Shown: positions 26,425 to 34,546 of the stretch, in pieces
Numbering within the stretch: the first letter of the stretch is position 1
Layout of the letters: each line of letters opens with the position of its first letter
Origin: Clostridia bacterium
GTDB taxonomy: Bacteria; Bacillota; Clostridia; Oscillospirales; CAG-272
Direction: 5' to 3'
DNA: 64,000 nt
Assembly: GCA_017467165.1 (NCBI GenBank)
Contig: JAFTST010000051.1
Location: 78,488 to 142,487 of the forward strand
Position numbers and translations under genes: made by a program
Notes under the pieces: model-generated
What the model saw: only the letters and a program-made list of their open reading frames with translations
Database searches by the model: none
What the model was told of the DNA's origin: nothing

Positions 26425-27208
26425 TTTCGTCTACCTCCTTATTTTCAGTGGAACTCTCTTCTGCATCTGTTGCAAGCTCGGTGATTTCGGAGCAAGAGGT
26501 CTTGGTGCAAAGGTGTGCGGATGGGCAGCCGTCGCAGGAGAAGCTCTTGCGCTTGACGCCTCCCTTCTTGGCGGTAATCTTATTCATAACCGCGATAAGA
26601 ATACCGAACACGAGGAATCCGCCGGGAGCCTTCGCAAGAATCGGAATTCTGAAGTCATAAACCATAGTGCCGTCCTCGGCTATCTTAAACAGAAGGTTGA
26701 TGGGCTGTACATTGAAGGACTCAAGGCCCTTGAGAATGGTGCCCTCGCCGAGAATCTCGCGGAAGATTGCCATTGAGAGAAGTGCAACAAGGAAGCCGAT
26801 ACCCATTCCTAGACCGTCAAGAGCAGAGTCAAGGGGGTTGTTCTTTCTTGCGAACATTTCCGCACGTCCAAGGACGATACAGTTTACAACGATAAGTGGC
26901 AACCAGATGCCAAGCAGGTTGTAAATAGGCTCAACAAACGCATGCAGAAGCATCTCGACAAGCGTAACAAACGCCGCAATAACAACGATGTAGCAGGGGA
27001 TACGAACCGTGTCGGGAATAATCTTACGGAGAAGGGAGATAACGACGTTGGAGCCAAGAAGCACGACGGTGGCGGCAAGGCCCATAGAGATTGCCGATAC
27101 AATGCTGGTACTTACCGCAATCGCGGGACAGGTACCGAGCACGAGGATAAGAACGGGGTTTTCCGCGATAATACCGCGAAGAAAAATAGAAAGCTTGCTC
27201 TTATTCAT
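26417..27208 (-). CDS. rnfE: Rnf complex subunit E with a ~45-aa Cys-rich acidic C-terminal tail
   Basis: AENPVLILVLGTCPAIAVSTS motif. Extra tail KRKSFSCDGCPSAHLCTKTSCSEITELATDAEESSTENKEVDENA. Confidence 0.85.
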   Translation of the reverse strand: MNKSKLSIFLRGIIAENPVLILVLGTCPAIAVSTSIVSAISMGLAATVVLLGSNVVISLLRKIIPDTVRIPCYIVVIAAFVTLVEMLLHAFVEPIYNLLGIWLPLIVVNCIVLGRAEMFARKNNPLDSALDGLGMGIGFLVALLSMAIFREILGEGTILKGLESFNVQPINLLFKIAEDGTMVYDFRIPILAKAPGGFLVFGILIAVMNKITAKKGGVKRKSFSCDGCPSAHLCTKTSCSEITELATDAEESSTENKEVDENA

Positions 27209-27229
27209 TTTTGTTCTCCTTTCGCGGTG

Positions 27230-28534
27230 TTATATTTTTTCGGTCAGCTTCAGGAATGCATCAAATGCATCGAGAACTGCATTGTGGTAATAAACGGTGG
27301 TGAAGGTTGCGTTGGCAATGATACCGGGACCCTGAATGGAGCTCGGCAGATTGTCGGTCTCGTAGCCGTTATCCTCGTTGGGAATAATGTCGGAGATGTC
27401 AAGGTCAAGAATCTGCTCACGGGTTGCACCGCGGAAGCTCTCGTAGAAGGCTTCGGTTGCACAGTTTGCACCGTAGTTCTTGGACTCGCCGTGCTTTGTG
27501 GTAATGATGTCGATAATCTTGCCGTCAGCACCGATAGATACGGTGAACTGAATCTTGCCGCTGCCGTGGCTGTACTCTCCTTCATCAGCGTAGCTGCCGG
27601 TGGTCTCCATCTCGAATACGTATGTGCCACCCGCGGTAACGTATGCCTTTTTAACGGTAGCCTTTGCACCGTCGGGAAGTGCAATTTCGGTGGTAGCTGC
27701 GGTCTGGAAGATAGTGTATGCCGCCTCAACTGCCGCGATGTCCTCGGCGGTGGTTGCGACCTTTTCTGCCTTCTTGTCAAGCTTAGAAACGGTGTCGGTG
27801 ATGCTGCCGTCAGCCTTCACACCGATAAGCTTGTCGCCGATAACCATTACAATACCATCGGCGGTGGCGGATGTGGTGTAGATTGCATCGATGCCGGTGA
27901 TAATAGCGGTAGCAAACCACTTTGTAAACTTCTTTCCCTCGACATCAAGGACAATGTTAAGGTTGTCTGCAAATACCTCGTCATCGGTACGTGCGTCCTC
28001 ACCCTTAAGGGAGGAGAATGCGCGGAGTGCCGCGTCCACAATAAGTGCACAAGCCTCGGAGGATACGGTGGAGCCGGCGATGATAACAGGGGAAAGATTG
28101 TCCTTGTTCTGACCGTTGTACTTACCCTTGTTGCCCTCAATGGCGTTAAGCACACTTTGAATCTTGTTAGCGGTATCGGTGTTGGATACAACCTTTACGC
28201 CGGTGATTTCGCCGTCAGCATTTACACCGACAGCAATCTTGATATCGCCGCCGTAGCTTCCGGTTACGCCGATGAATACATAACCGCCTGCGGATGCGGA
28301 GTGTACCTCCTTAATCTCTGCGGGAATGCTGTATTCTACAAGCTCTTCTGCGGCGAGCTTGGTAAATTCGACGTCGTTGCCGCTGTTATATGCGGAGTAG
28401 AGAGCAGCCTTTGCCTTTCTTTCCTCCTGCTTTGCAATCGCGGGCGCGGTGATGATGTTCACACAGCCGAGAAGGAGAGCGACGATGATACAAATTGAGG
28501 TGAGGACGATAGTGGGCTTAAACTTAGCAAACAT
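27230..28534 (-). CDS. rnfG: Rnf complex subunit G, expanded (434 aa) with two FMN-binding-like modules
   Basis: N-terminal TM anchor. Module 1 is GSYGGDIKIAVGVNADGEITGVKV...IIAGSTVSS. Module 2 is GSGKIQFTVSIGADGKIIDIIT...IIANATFTT. TAATG overlap with rnfD. Confidence 0.85.
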   Translation of the reverse strand: MFAKFKPTIVLTSICIIVALLLGCVNIITAPAIAKQEERKAKAALYSAYNSGNDVEFTKLAAEELVEYSIPAEIKEVHSASAGGYVFIGVTGSYGGDIKIAVGVNADGEITGVKVVSNTDTANKIQSVLNAIEGNKGKYNGQNKDNLSPVIIAGSTVSSEACALIVDAALRAFSSLKGEDARTDDEVFADNLNIVLDVEGKKFTKWFATAIITGIDAIYTTSATADGIVMVIGDKLIGVKADGSITDTVSKLDKKAEKVATTAEDIAAVEAAYTIFQTAATTEIALPDGAKATVKKAYVTAGGTYVFEMETTGSYADEGEYSHGSGKIQFTVSIGADGKIIDIITTKHGESKNYGANCATEAFYESFRGATREQILDLDISDIIPNEDNGYETDNLPSSIQGPGIIANATFTTVYYHNAVLDAFDAFLKLTEKI

Positions 28535-29508
28535 TATGCGTTACCTCCCTTCTTCGCCTTTTTGCTACCAAGTGCCTTGGGTGAGGTGAGAATCTCGATG
28601 GGGGTAGCAAGAATGTTCATTATAAGAATAGCGTAGGAAACACCCTCGGGATAGTTTCCGAAGAAGCGGATGACAACCGTGATAAGCGCGCATCCGAGCG
28701 CGAATACCGCCTTGCCCCACTTGTTAAGGGGAGTGGTTGCGTAGTCGGTTGCCATGAAGAAGGCGCTGAGTATCAGACCGCCGCCAAGCAGCTGGTAGAC
28801 CGAGGCGTTAAGGTCAAAGCCCGTGAGTGCCAGCGAAAGCAGGAAGGTCGCGCCGATGAAAATTGTGGGTGTGTGCCAGGATATAACTCTGCGGCACAGG
28901 AGATAAATTCCGCCTGCGACAAGAGCTATGGCGCAGGTCTCGCCGATAGCGCCGCCGCGGTTGCCAATAAGCATATCGAGAACAGAGGGGAGCTCCTCTG
29001 CGGCAGCCCCCGCCTTAATTGCAGAGAGGGGGGTAGCGCCGCTGACGAGCGTGCCAAAGCCTGTAGCCACGGGAGTCGTGGTCTCACTGAAGCAGATAAG
29101 CATGAAGATTCTGCCCGTGATAGCGGGGTTGGCGAAGTTGCAGCCGATGCCGCCAAAGAGGCATTTCACAACGACGATAGCGAAGATAGCGCCGAGCATA
29201 GTCTGCCACCAGACGTTACCCACCGTATCCTTCGATACGGGAAGGGTGAGCGCGAGAAGAAGACCGGTTACAGCGGCGGAGAGGTCGCCAATCGTCTGCT
29301 TTTTCTTAACTATAAGGTTGAAAACGAATTCGGAGCCAACCGCGCTTATCACCGACACCGCGATAATAACTAACGCAGGCCAGCCGAAAAATACCACAGC
29401 GGCGATTGCCGCGGGTGTGAGCGCGATAAGCATATCGAGCATAATTCTCTGTGTTCTCGCCCCGGAGTGAAGGTGGGGAGAGGTCGAAACTATTAGATTT
29501 TGAGCCAT
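28534..29508 (-). CDS. rnfD: Rnf complex subunit D
   Basis: VSTSPHLHS N-terminus and the flavinylation motif LVSGATPLS; polytopic. Confidence 0.9.
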   Translation of the reverse strand: MAQNLIVSTSPHLHSGARTQRIMLDMLIALTPAAIAAVVFFGWPALVIIAVSVISAVGSEFVFNLIVKKKQTIGDLSAAVTGLLLALTLPVSKDTVGNVWWQTMLGAIFAIVVVKCLFGGIGCNFANPAITGRIFMLICFSETTTPVATGFGTLVSGATPLSAIKAGAAAEELPSVLDMLIGNRGGAIGETCAIALVAGGIYLLCRRVISWHTPTIFIGATFLLSLALTGFDLNASVYQLLGGGLILSAFFMATDYATTPLNKWGKAVFALGCALITVVIRFFGNYPEGVSYAILIMNILATPIEILTSPKALGSKKAKKGGNA

Positions 29509-29520
29509 TTTTCTTCTCCT

Positions 29521-30858
29521 TTACTTCATATCCTTCATATGGGCGCGGTATTCTCTGACCACACCCTTGGCGAGGCGGTTGTTCTGCACGAGAGGACGGA
29601 GGGCAGGGCAGACGAAGGAGCAGCAGCCGCACTCCATACACAGATTTATCTTATATTCCTCAAGTCTTGCTATCTTGTCCTCCTTGGACTCGATTTCAAG
29701 AGCCTTGGAAAATGCGGTGGGGTTAAGACCCATGGGGCAGGCCGCCACGCATCTGCCGCAGTGGATGCAGGGGGTAGCGTCGCCCTTGATGGACTCCTCG
29801 CGGGTCATAACGGTCAGGGCGTTGGTCGTCTTCATAACCGGCTCGTCGAGCGAGCTGACGGGAACACCCATCATAGGACCGCCGTAGAGCACCTTTCCGA
29901 CCTTTTCGGTGTCGCAGCCGACGAAGGCAAGAACGTCGCCGATATGAGTGCCGACAGGCGCTGTAACGTTCATAGGAGCAGAGATTGCTCCGCCGTCAAC
30001 CGTGAAGGTCTTTTCAACCAGCGGCATACCCGTTCTCACGTAGTCTGCGATAGTGGCGAGCGTGTTGACGTTGATAACTATAACTCCGACGTCCGCGGGG
30101 AGCTTGCCCTCGGGAACGACGATACGGGTGGTGTTGTGAATGATGATTTTTTCAGCTCCCTGGGGATACTTCGCGGGAAGAACGCATATCTCAACGCCCT
30201 CGATATCTCCGACGGTCGCCTTAAGAGCCTCGATAGCATCCTTCTTGTTCGACTCTATTCCGAAGACGACTCTCGTTACCGTCCCTGCGTATTTTTTGAA
30301 AAGAAGCACGCCCTCCTTGACGGAGTCGATTCTTTCCAGCATCGTTCTGGTATCCGCGGTGATATAGGGCTCGCACTCCGCCGCGTTGACAACCACGGTG
30401 TGAATTTCTCCCTTTTTCAAGGCGTCGAGCTTGACTGCGGTGGGGAAGCCCGCGCCGCCAAGTCCGACTATACCGGAATTCCTGACAGCCTCGATAAGAC
30501 TCTCAAGGTCTGTAATCTCGGGCGGAGCAATACTCTCGTGGGGCGTCATTTCTCCATCGCTCTGGATGCGGATTGCCTGCACGGTTGTTCCGTTGGGGCA
30601 GAGGTATGGCTCTACCTTAAGCACTTTTCCCGAAACGCTGGAGTGTACAGCAGAGGAAACGTATCCCGACGGCTCTGCTATGCGCTGTCCTACCTTGACC
30701 TCCTCACCCGCCTTGACGATGGGGGTTGAGGGAGCGCCGAGCTGACCGCCCAAAGGAATGAGCACCTCGGCAGCAGAGGGCATCTTCACCGATGGCGTAG
30801 CCGCGGTATTCTTGCGATGGGGGACGGGCGTGTTGCCCAAAAACTTAAACCCAAGCAT
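29521..30858 (-). CDS. rnfC: Rnf complex subunit C
   Basis: GLGGAGFPTAVK, CIHCGRCVAACP and CMECGCCSFVCP motifs. Start set to ATG 30858 (GGAAGGAA RBS) rather than the track start at 30915. Confidence 0.9.
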   Translation of the reverse strand: MLGFKFLGNTPVPHRKNTAATPSVKMPSAAEVLIPLGGQLGAPSTPIVKAGEEVKVGQRIAEPSGYVSSAVHSSVSGKVLKVEPYLCPNGTTVQAIRIQSDGEMTPHESIAPPEITDLESLIEAVRNSGIVGLGGAGFPTAVKLDALKKGEIHTVVVNAAECEPYITADTRTMLERIDSVKEGVLLFKKYAGTVTRVVFGIESNKKDAIEALKATVGDIEGVEICVLPAKYPQGAEKIIIHNTTRIVVPEGKLPADVGVIVINVNTLATIADYVRTGMPLVEKTFTVDGGAISAPMNVTAPVGTHIGDVLAFVGCDTEKVGKVLYGGPMMGVPVSSLDEPVMKTTNALTVMTREESIKGDATPCIHCGRCVAACPMGLNPTAFSKALEIESKEDKIARLEEYKINLCMECGCCSFVCPALRPLVQNNRLAKGVVREYRAHMKDMK

Positions 30859-30947
30859 TTGAAAATTCCTTCCGTTTCTATTGCCGACAGCTTGTCTTTT
30901 CACGCGCGTCGGCAAAATATTTTTTATTTTTATATATTATCTTATAT

Positions 30948-30977
30948 ATTATATCCTAGAAGACCTTTATATGTCAA
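30948..30977 (-). promoter_or_regulatory. Candidate sigma-A promoter of the rnf operon
   Basis: Minus strand reads TTGACA (30977-72), 18 nt, TATAAT (30953-48). Confidence 0.6.
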
Positions 30978-31062
30978 GGGCGAGGCGAAAAAATCATTGT
31001 TAATTTTATAACAATTGGTAGGCTGTCGGGGTACCCAATTTGGTTATTTTAATGAATTGGCA

Positions 31063-31097
31063 CGAAAAAAAGGAAAGCGCCGTAGTCAACGCTTTCC
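31063..31097 (-). terminator. Terminator after apbE
   Basis: GGAAAGCG...CGCTTTCC stem with an A7 run on the plus strand. Confidence 0.7.
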
Positions 31098-31123
31098 CTT
31101 GTAACTTGGCTGTGCTGTGCTTC

Positions 31124-32182
31124 TTATCCACCGATTTCGACTATCCCGTCGGTCTTGATAAGCCGTCCGTCGCGCGTTATCCAGATAACGTCAACCTTGG
31201 CATCGATTTTCCCGAGCATTTCAATGCCTCGGTCATAATCCACGCAGAAAAGAGCGGTGGAAAGCGCGTCGGCAAGCCCCGAATCCTCGGTGATAACCGT
31301 CACGGCGGAGAAGTATGCCGCGGGCATCAGGGTGTCGGGGTCAATGATGTGGTGATACCTCGTGCCGTCGACAACGTAGTAGCGCTCGTAGTCGCCCGAG
31401 GTGACGCAGGCGGTCCTGCCAAGAGATATTATCGTGGCGAAGTCTGCACTCGTTTTGTCAGGGTTGGTTATTCCGGTTTCCCAGCCCTCGCCGCCCGGCT
31501 TCAGACCCAGAGTGCGGATATTTCCGCCTATGTTGAGCGCGACCGAGTCAGCGCCCATAGCCTTCAGCCTTTCGTACAGTCTTTCGGTGGCGTAGCCCTT
31601 GCCGATAGCTCCGACGTCAATCGAAGCCTCGGGGTCGGTTATATACACCGTGCCTGCCTCGCGGTCAATCACGAGGGAGTCAATAGACGTGTGCTTGTCA
31701 GCCTCAAAAAGCTCCTCCATAGCGGGCACTGACGCCGCTGTCGGATCATACTCGGCGTCCTCTCTGTGATTGTGCCAAATTTGTAGCACGGCTCCCATCA
31801 TAACGTTGGTTTTGCCGCCCGTCAATGTATATAATTCTTTACAGTACTCGAGAAAGTCGATAAGCTCCGCGTCGACCTTGACGGGCTCCTTGCCCGCCTT
31901 CCCATTAACCGTGCGCAGATTGTTCATACCGCTGTAATCGAAGTAGATGTCAAAGAGCCTGTGATAATATCCGAGCAGCTTCTTTGACTCGTCGAGGTAT
32001 GCTTCAAGCGTCGCATCCTCTATATCACCGACAACGGTGAGGCTTGATGTGGTGTTGAAGTAGGTGTAGGATATGGTGCGACCCCTCGCCTGCTCCTTCT
32101 TGTCCCCTGCGCAGGAGAGGAGCGATAGCGTCAGGGATAGGATAAGAGCCGAAAGGATTATTCTTGAGATTGTTTTTTTCAT
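31124..32182 (-). CDS. apbE: FAD:protein FMN transferase (ApbE/Ftp), lipoprotein
   Basis: Lipobox LSLLSCAG. Motifs IDVGAIGKGYATE and YHHIIDPDT. Confidence 0.9.
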   Translation of the reverse strand: MKKTISRIILSALILSLTLSLLSCAGDKKEQARGRTISYTYFNTTSSLTVVGDIEDATLEAYLDESKKLLGYYHRLFDIYFDYSGMNNLRTVNGKAGKEPVKVDAELIDFLEYCKELYTLTGGKTNVMMGAVLQIWHNHREDAEYDPTAASVPAMEELFEADKHTSIDSLVIDREAGTVYITDPEASIDVGAIGKGYATERLYERLKAMGADSVALNIGGNIRTLGLKPGGEGWETGITNPDKTSADFATIISLGRTACVTSGDYERYYVVDGTRYHHIIDPDTLMPAAYFSAVTVITEDSGLADALSTALFCVDYDRGIEMLGKIDAKVDVIWITRDGRLIKTDGIVEIGG

Positions 32183-32242
32183 TCTTTCTTTTCTCTGTTC
32201 ATATTTATAGCGCCGCTTGGCGTACCTAAGAATATTTTACTA

Positions 32243-32270
32243 CAAAAAAGGGACCTTTTCAAGTCCCTTT
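32243..32270 (-). terminator. Terminator after the lipoprotein gene
   Basis: AGGGAC-cttttcaa-GTCCCT stem flanked by an A6 run on the plus strand. Confidence 0.65.
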
Positions 32271-32302
32271 AATGCTTTATTCGAATATGACCTATCGAAA
32301 AA

Positions 32303-33280
32303 TTATCTTGCGTTGCCAGCCGCGCGAACGAGAGCCGCCTTGTAGCCGCCTGTATAGATGGTGCAGCCTGCAACACCCTCGGTAGCGATGTCGTTAAGCT
32401 CTGCTACGGTCTTGCCAACGGTGGAGTTAGCATAAGCCTGAGCCTGAGCGTACCATCTGCCTGCCGCCATAGGCTGCCAAGCGTCGTATGCGTCGCCCTG
32501 CTCATTCTTGGTTCCCTTGTACTCGGAAAGAGCAACCTCGAGCGCGGGAGCGCCGTTCTTATCGCCGATAGTGAGAGTGTACTTACCCTCAGCGGAGTCG
32601 AGCATAGAAGCCACAACCTTGCCGCCTGCTACTGCAACTGCAGCAACGTCAACAGCTATCTTGCCGCCCTTTTCTACGGAGCCGGAAACTGCCGCGTCAA
32701 TTGCAAGACCAAGAGTGATAGTCTCGGTGGTGGTGAAGGTTACGTTACGTCCGTAAGCGAATGCCTTAGCTACGAGAGCCTTGAATGCGGGAACAGACTG
32801 GTACATAGTGCAGCCTGCTACGAGCTTACCGTCCTTAACGTTATCCTCGGAAACGTCAAGTGCAGCAACCTCTGCAGCGGTCTTGCCAACGAGGAACGCC
32901 TCGAAAGCCTCTGCCTGCTTATCCCACTCTGCGATAGCGCCGCCGTATGCAACCATGCCGTAAGCCTCGCCAAGCTCGCGCTTGGTATCAAATCTTGCGG
33001 TTGCTACGATGTCGGTGCCGTCCTCGTTGAGAGCGAACTTGGGCTGAACCTCGTCAAAGCGAGCGGCAACTATCTTGCCGTCTGCATCGTACACGAGAGC
33101 GAGAGCGAGAGCGGAAGCGCCGCCTCTGCTGACAGTCTTGAGTCCCTCGTCTACAACTACGGAGAGGGTGTAGGTCTTAGCCTCGGGAGTAGGATCGTCG
33201 TTGTTGTTCTTGTTTCCGCAGCCAACGAGCATAAGTGCTACGAGAGCGAAAAGAAGAACGAGAGAAAGAATCTTTTTCAT
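32303..33280 (-). CDS. Lipoprotein with two tandem FMN-binding-like domains (PplA-like candidate flavoprotein)
   Basis: Start set to ATG 33280 (AAAAGGAG RBS; MKKILSLVLLFALVALMLVGCG lipobox). Internal duplication: TKRELGEAYGM...WDKQAEAFEAFLVGKTAAEV...VAGCTMY versus TKNEQGDAYDAW...AQAYANSTVGKTVAEL...VAGCTIY. Confidence 0.6.
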   Translation of the reverse strand: MKKILSLVLLFALVALMLVGCGNKNNNDDPTPEAKTYTLSVVVDEGLKTVSRGGASALALALVYDADGKIVAARFDEVQPKFALNEDGTDIVATARFDTKRELGEAYGMVAYGGAIAEWDKQAEAFEAFLVGKTAAEVAALDVSEDNVKDGKLVAGCTMYQSVPAFKALVAKAFAYGRNVTFTTTETITLGLAIDAAVSGSVEKGGKIAVDVAAVAVAGGKVVASMLDSAEGKYTLTIGDKNGAPALEVALSEYKGTKNEQGDAYDAWQPMAAGRWYAQAQAYANSTVGKTVAELNDIATEGVAGCTIYTGGYKAALVRAAGNAR

Positions 33281-33355
33281 TGTCTGAAATACTCCTTTTG
33301 TTATTTTATTTATATTATACTTAGTTTTCTGTCGCTTATACAGCGACTCCAGTAG

Positions 33356-33385
33356 ATAATAACACATAAGGTGGCGTCTTGTCAA
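33356..33385 (-). promoter_or_regulatory. Candidate promoter of the lipoprotein-apbE unit
   Basis: Minus strand reads TTGACA (33385-80), 18 nt, TATTAT. A 5'UTR hairpin GTCGCT-GTATAA-GCGAC follows. Confidence 0.5.
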
Positions 33386-33461
33386 CTATTTTTTGTTAAA
33401 AAAATATCAATACGCGCTAAAGCAATGGAAAAATCTATAATTTCAGGGGGGAAACGGGCTT

Positions 33462-34469
33462 TTACAGAAGTCTTATGCCCGCTCTCTGACAGCCCGCGAC
33501 GGTATCCTCGTCCCAGATGCTCGACTGCACCTCGCCTATATGAGCGCAGCCCATCATCAGCATACACAGGCGCGACTGACCGATACCTCCGCCGATAGTC
33601 AGGGGCAGCTCTCCTCTGAGAAGAGCCGAGTGGAAGGGAAGCGCCGCACGCTCCGTACAGCCTCTTATCTCAAGCTGTCTTTTCATCGACTCCTCGTCGA
33701 CCCTTATGCCCATTGAGGATATTTCAAGCGCCTTGCCGAGCACCTCGTCCCAGAACATAATATCTCCGTTAAGCTCCCAGTCGTCGTAGTCGGGGGCTCT
33801 GCCGTCGTGAGGCTCTCCGTTTGACAGCGGGGCGCCTATCTGCATTATCAGCACGGTGCCGTATTCCTTGGTTATGGCGTCCTCTCTCTCCTTTGGGGTG
33901 AGGGTTGGGTATCTTTGGAGAAGCTCCTCGGAGGTTATAGCGTACATTTTTCTTGTCAGACTGACCTTCGTCTCGGGAAAGCTCTCGCGGACAAGCTCAG
34001 AGGTGTCGCATATCGCCTCTACAATGGTTGCGGCGGTCTTAATAAGGTAGTCGAGCGTGCGCTCCTCTCTGGTTATAACCCTCTCCCAGTCCCACTGGTC
34101 GACGTAGATAGAGTGCGTGTTGTCGAGCTCCTCGTCGCGGCGGATAGCGTTCATATCGGTATAGAGGCCGTTGCCGACGTAGAAGTTATATTCCTTGAGG
34201 GCGAGGCGCTTCCATTTCGCCAGCGAGTGCACCACCTGTCCTGATTTTCTGACGTCGGGAATGTCGAAGCTGACGGGACGCTCGGTGCCGTTGAGGTTAT
34301 CGTTGAGTCCCGACTCCTCGGTGACAAAAAGGGGCGCGGAAACTCGGCGAAGGTTCATTTTCTCGGACAGCGCCGCCTGAAAATGCTCCTTTATAAATGA
34401 AATAGCCTTCTGCGTTCGGTATAAATCCATCGAGGAGCGATACCCCTCGGGAATAAATAGTCTGCTCAT
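33462..34469 (-). CDS. asnA: Aspartate--ammonia ligase
   Basis: MSRLFIPEGYRSSMDLYRTQKAISFIKEHF...RRVSAPLFV matches the AsnA N-terminus. Start ATG 34469 has an AAAGGA RBS. Confidence 0.85.
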   Translation of the reverse strand: MSRLFIPEGYRSSMDLYRTQKAISFIKEHFQAALSEKMNLRRVSAPLFVTEESGLNDNLNGTERPVSFDIPDVRKSGQVVHSLAKWKRLALKEYNFYVGNGLYTDMNAIRRDEELDNTHSIYVDQWDWERVITREERTLDYLIKTAATIVEAICDTSELVRESFPETKVSLTRKMYAITSEELLQRYPTLTPKEREDAITKEYGTVLIMQIGAPLSNGEPHDGRAPDYDDWELNGDIMFWDEVLGKALEISSMGIRVDEESMKRQLEIRGCTERAALPFHSALLRGELPLTIGGGIGQSRLCMLMMGCAHIGEVQSSIWDEDTVAGCQRAGIRLL

Positions 34470-34490
34470 CGGTAGTCCTTTCTTGTTGGT

Positions 34491-34526
34491 TAAAAGCCGA
34501 GGTCGAGCCATTGCCCGACCTCGACC
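34491..34526 (-). terminator. Terminator after the IMPDH gene
   Basis: CGAGGTCG...CGACCTCG stem with an A4 run on the plus strand. Confidence 0.55.
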
Positions 34527-34546
34527 GATGCTCTTTTCGGTATGGA

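Noticed and set aside
26942-28498. 518-aa plus-strand ORF antisense to rnfE/rnfG
   Set aside because: It overlaps two well-supported rnf genes. The product is Gly/Val/Cys/Asn-rich low-complexity sequence without motifs. It is a shadow ORF.
29500-30729. 409-aa plus-strand ORF antisense to rnfC
   Set aside because: The reasoning is the same. rnfC on the minus strand has its NADH/FMN and 2x[4Fe-4S] motifs intact.
30859-30915. Longer N-termini given by the ORF track for rnfC (30915), the lipoprotein (33385), asnA (34511), tcdA (58745), the acyltransferase (53728), citrate synthase (50663), the PPIase (36713) and pfkA (38953)
   Set aside because: In each case an internal ATG is preceded by a good AGGAGG-type RBS. 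That start gives the family-typical N-terminus or a signal/lipobox. The extensions run through promoter or terminator sequence.
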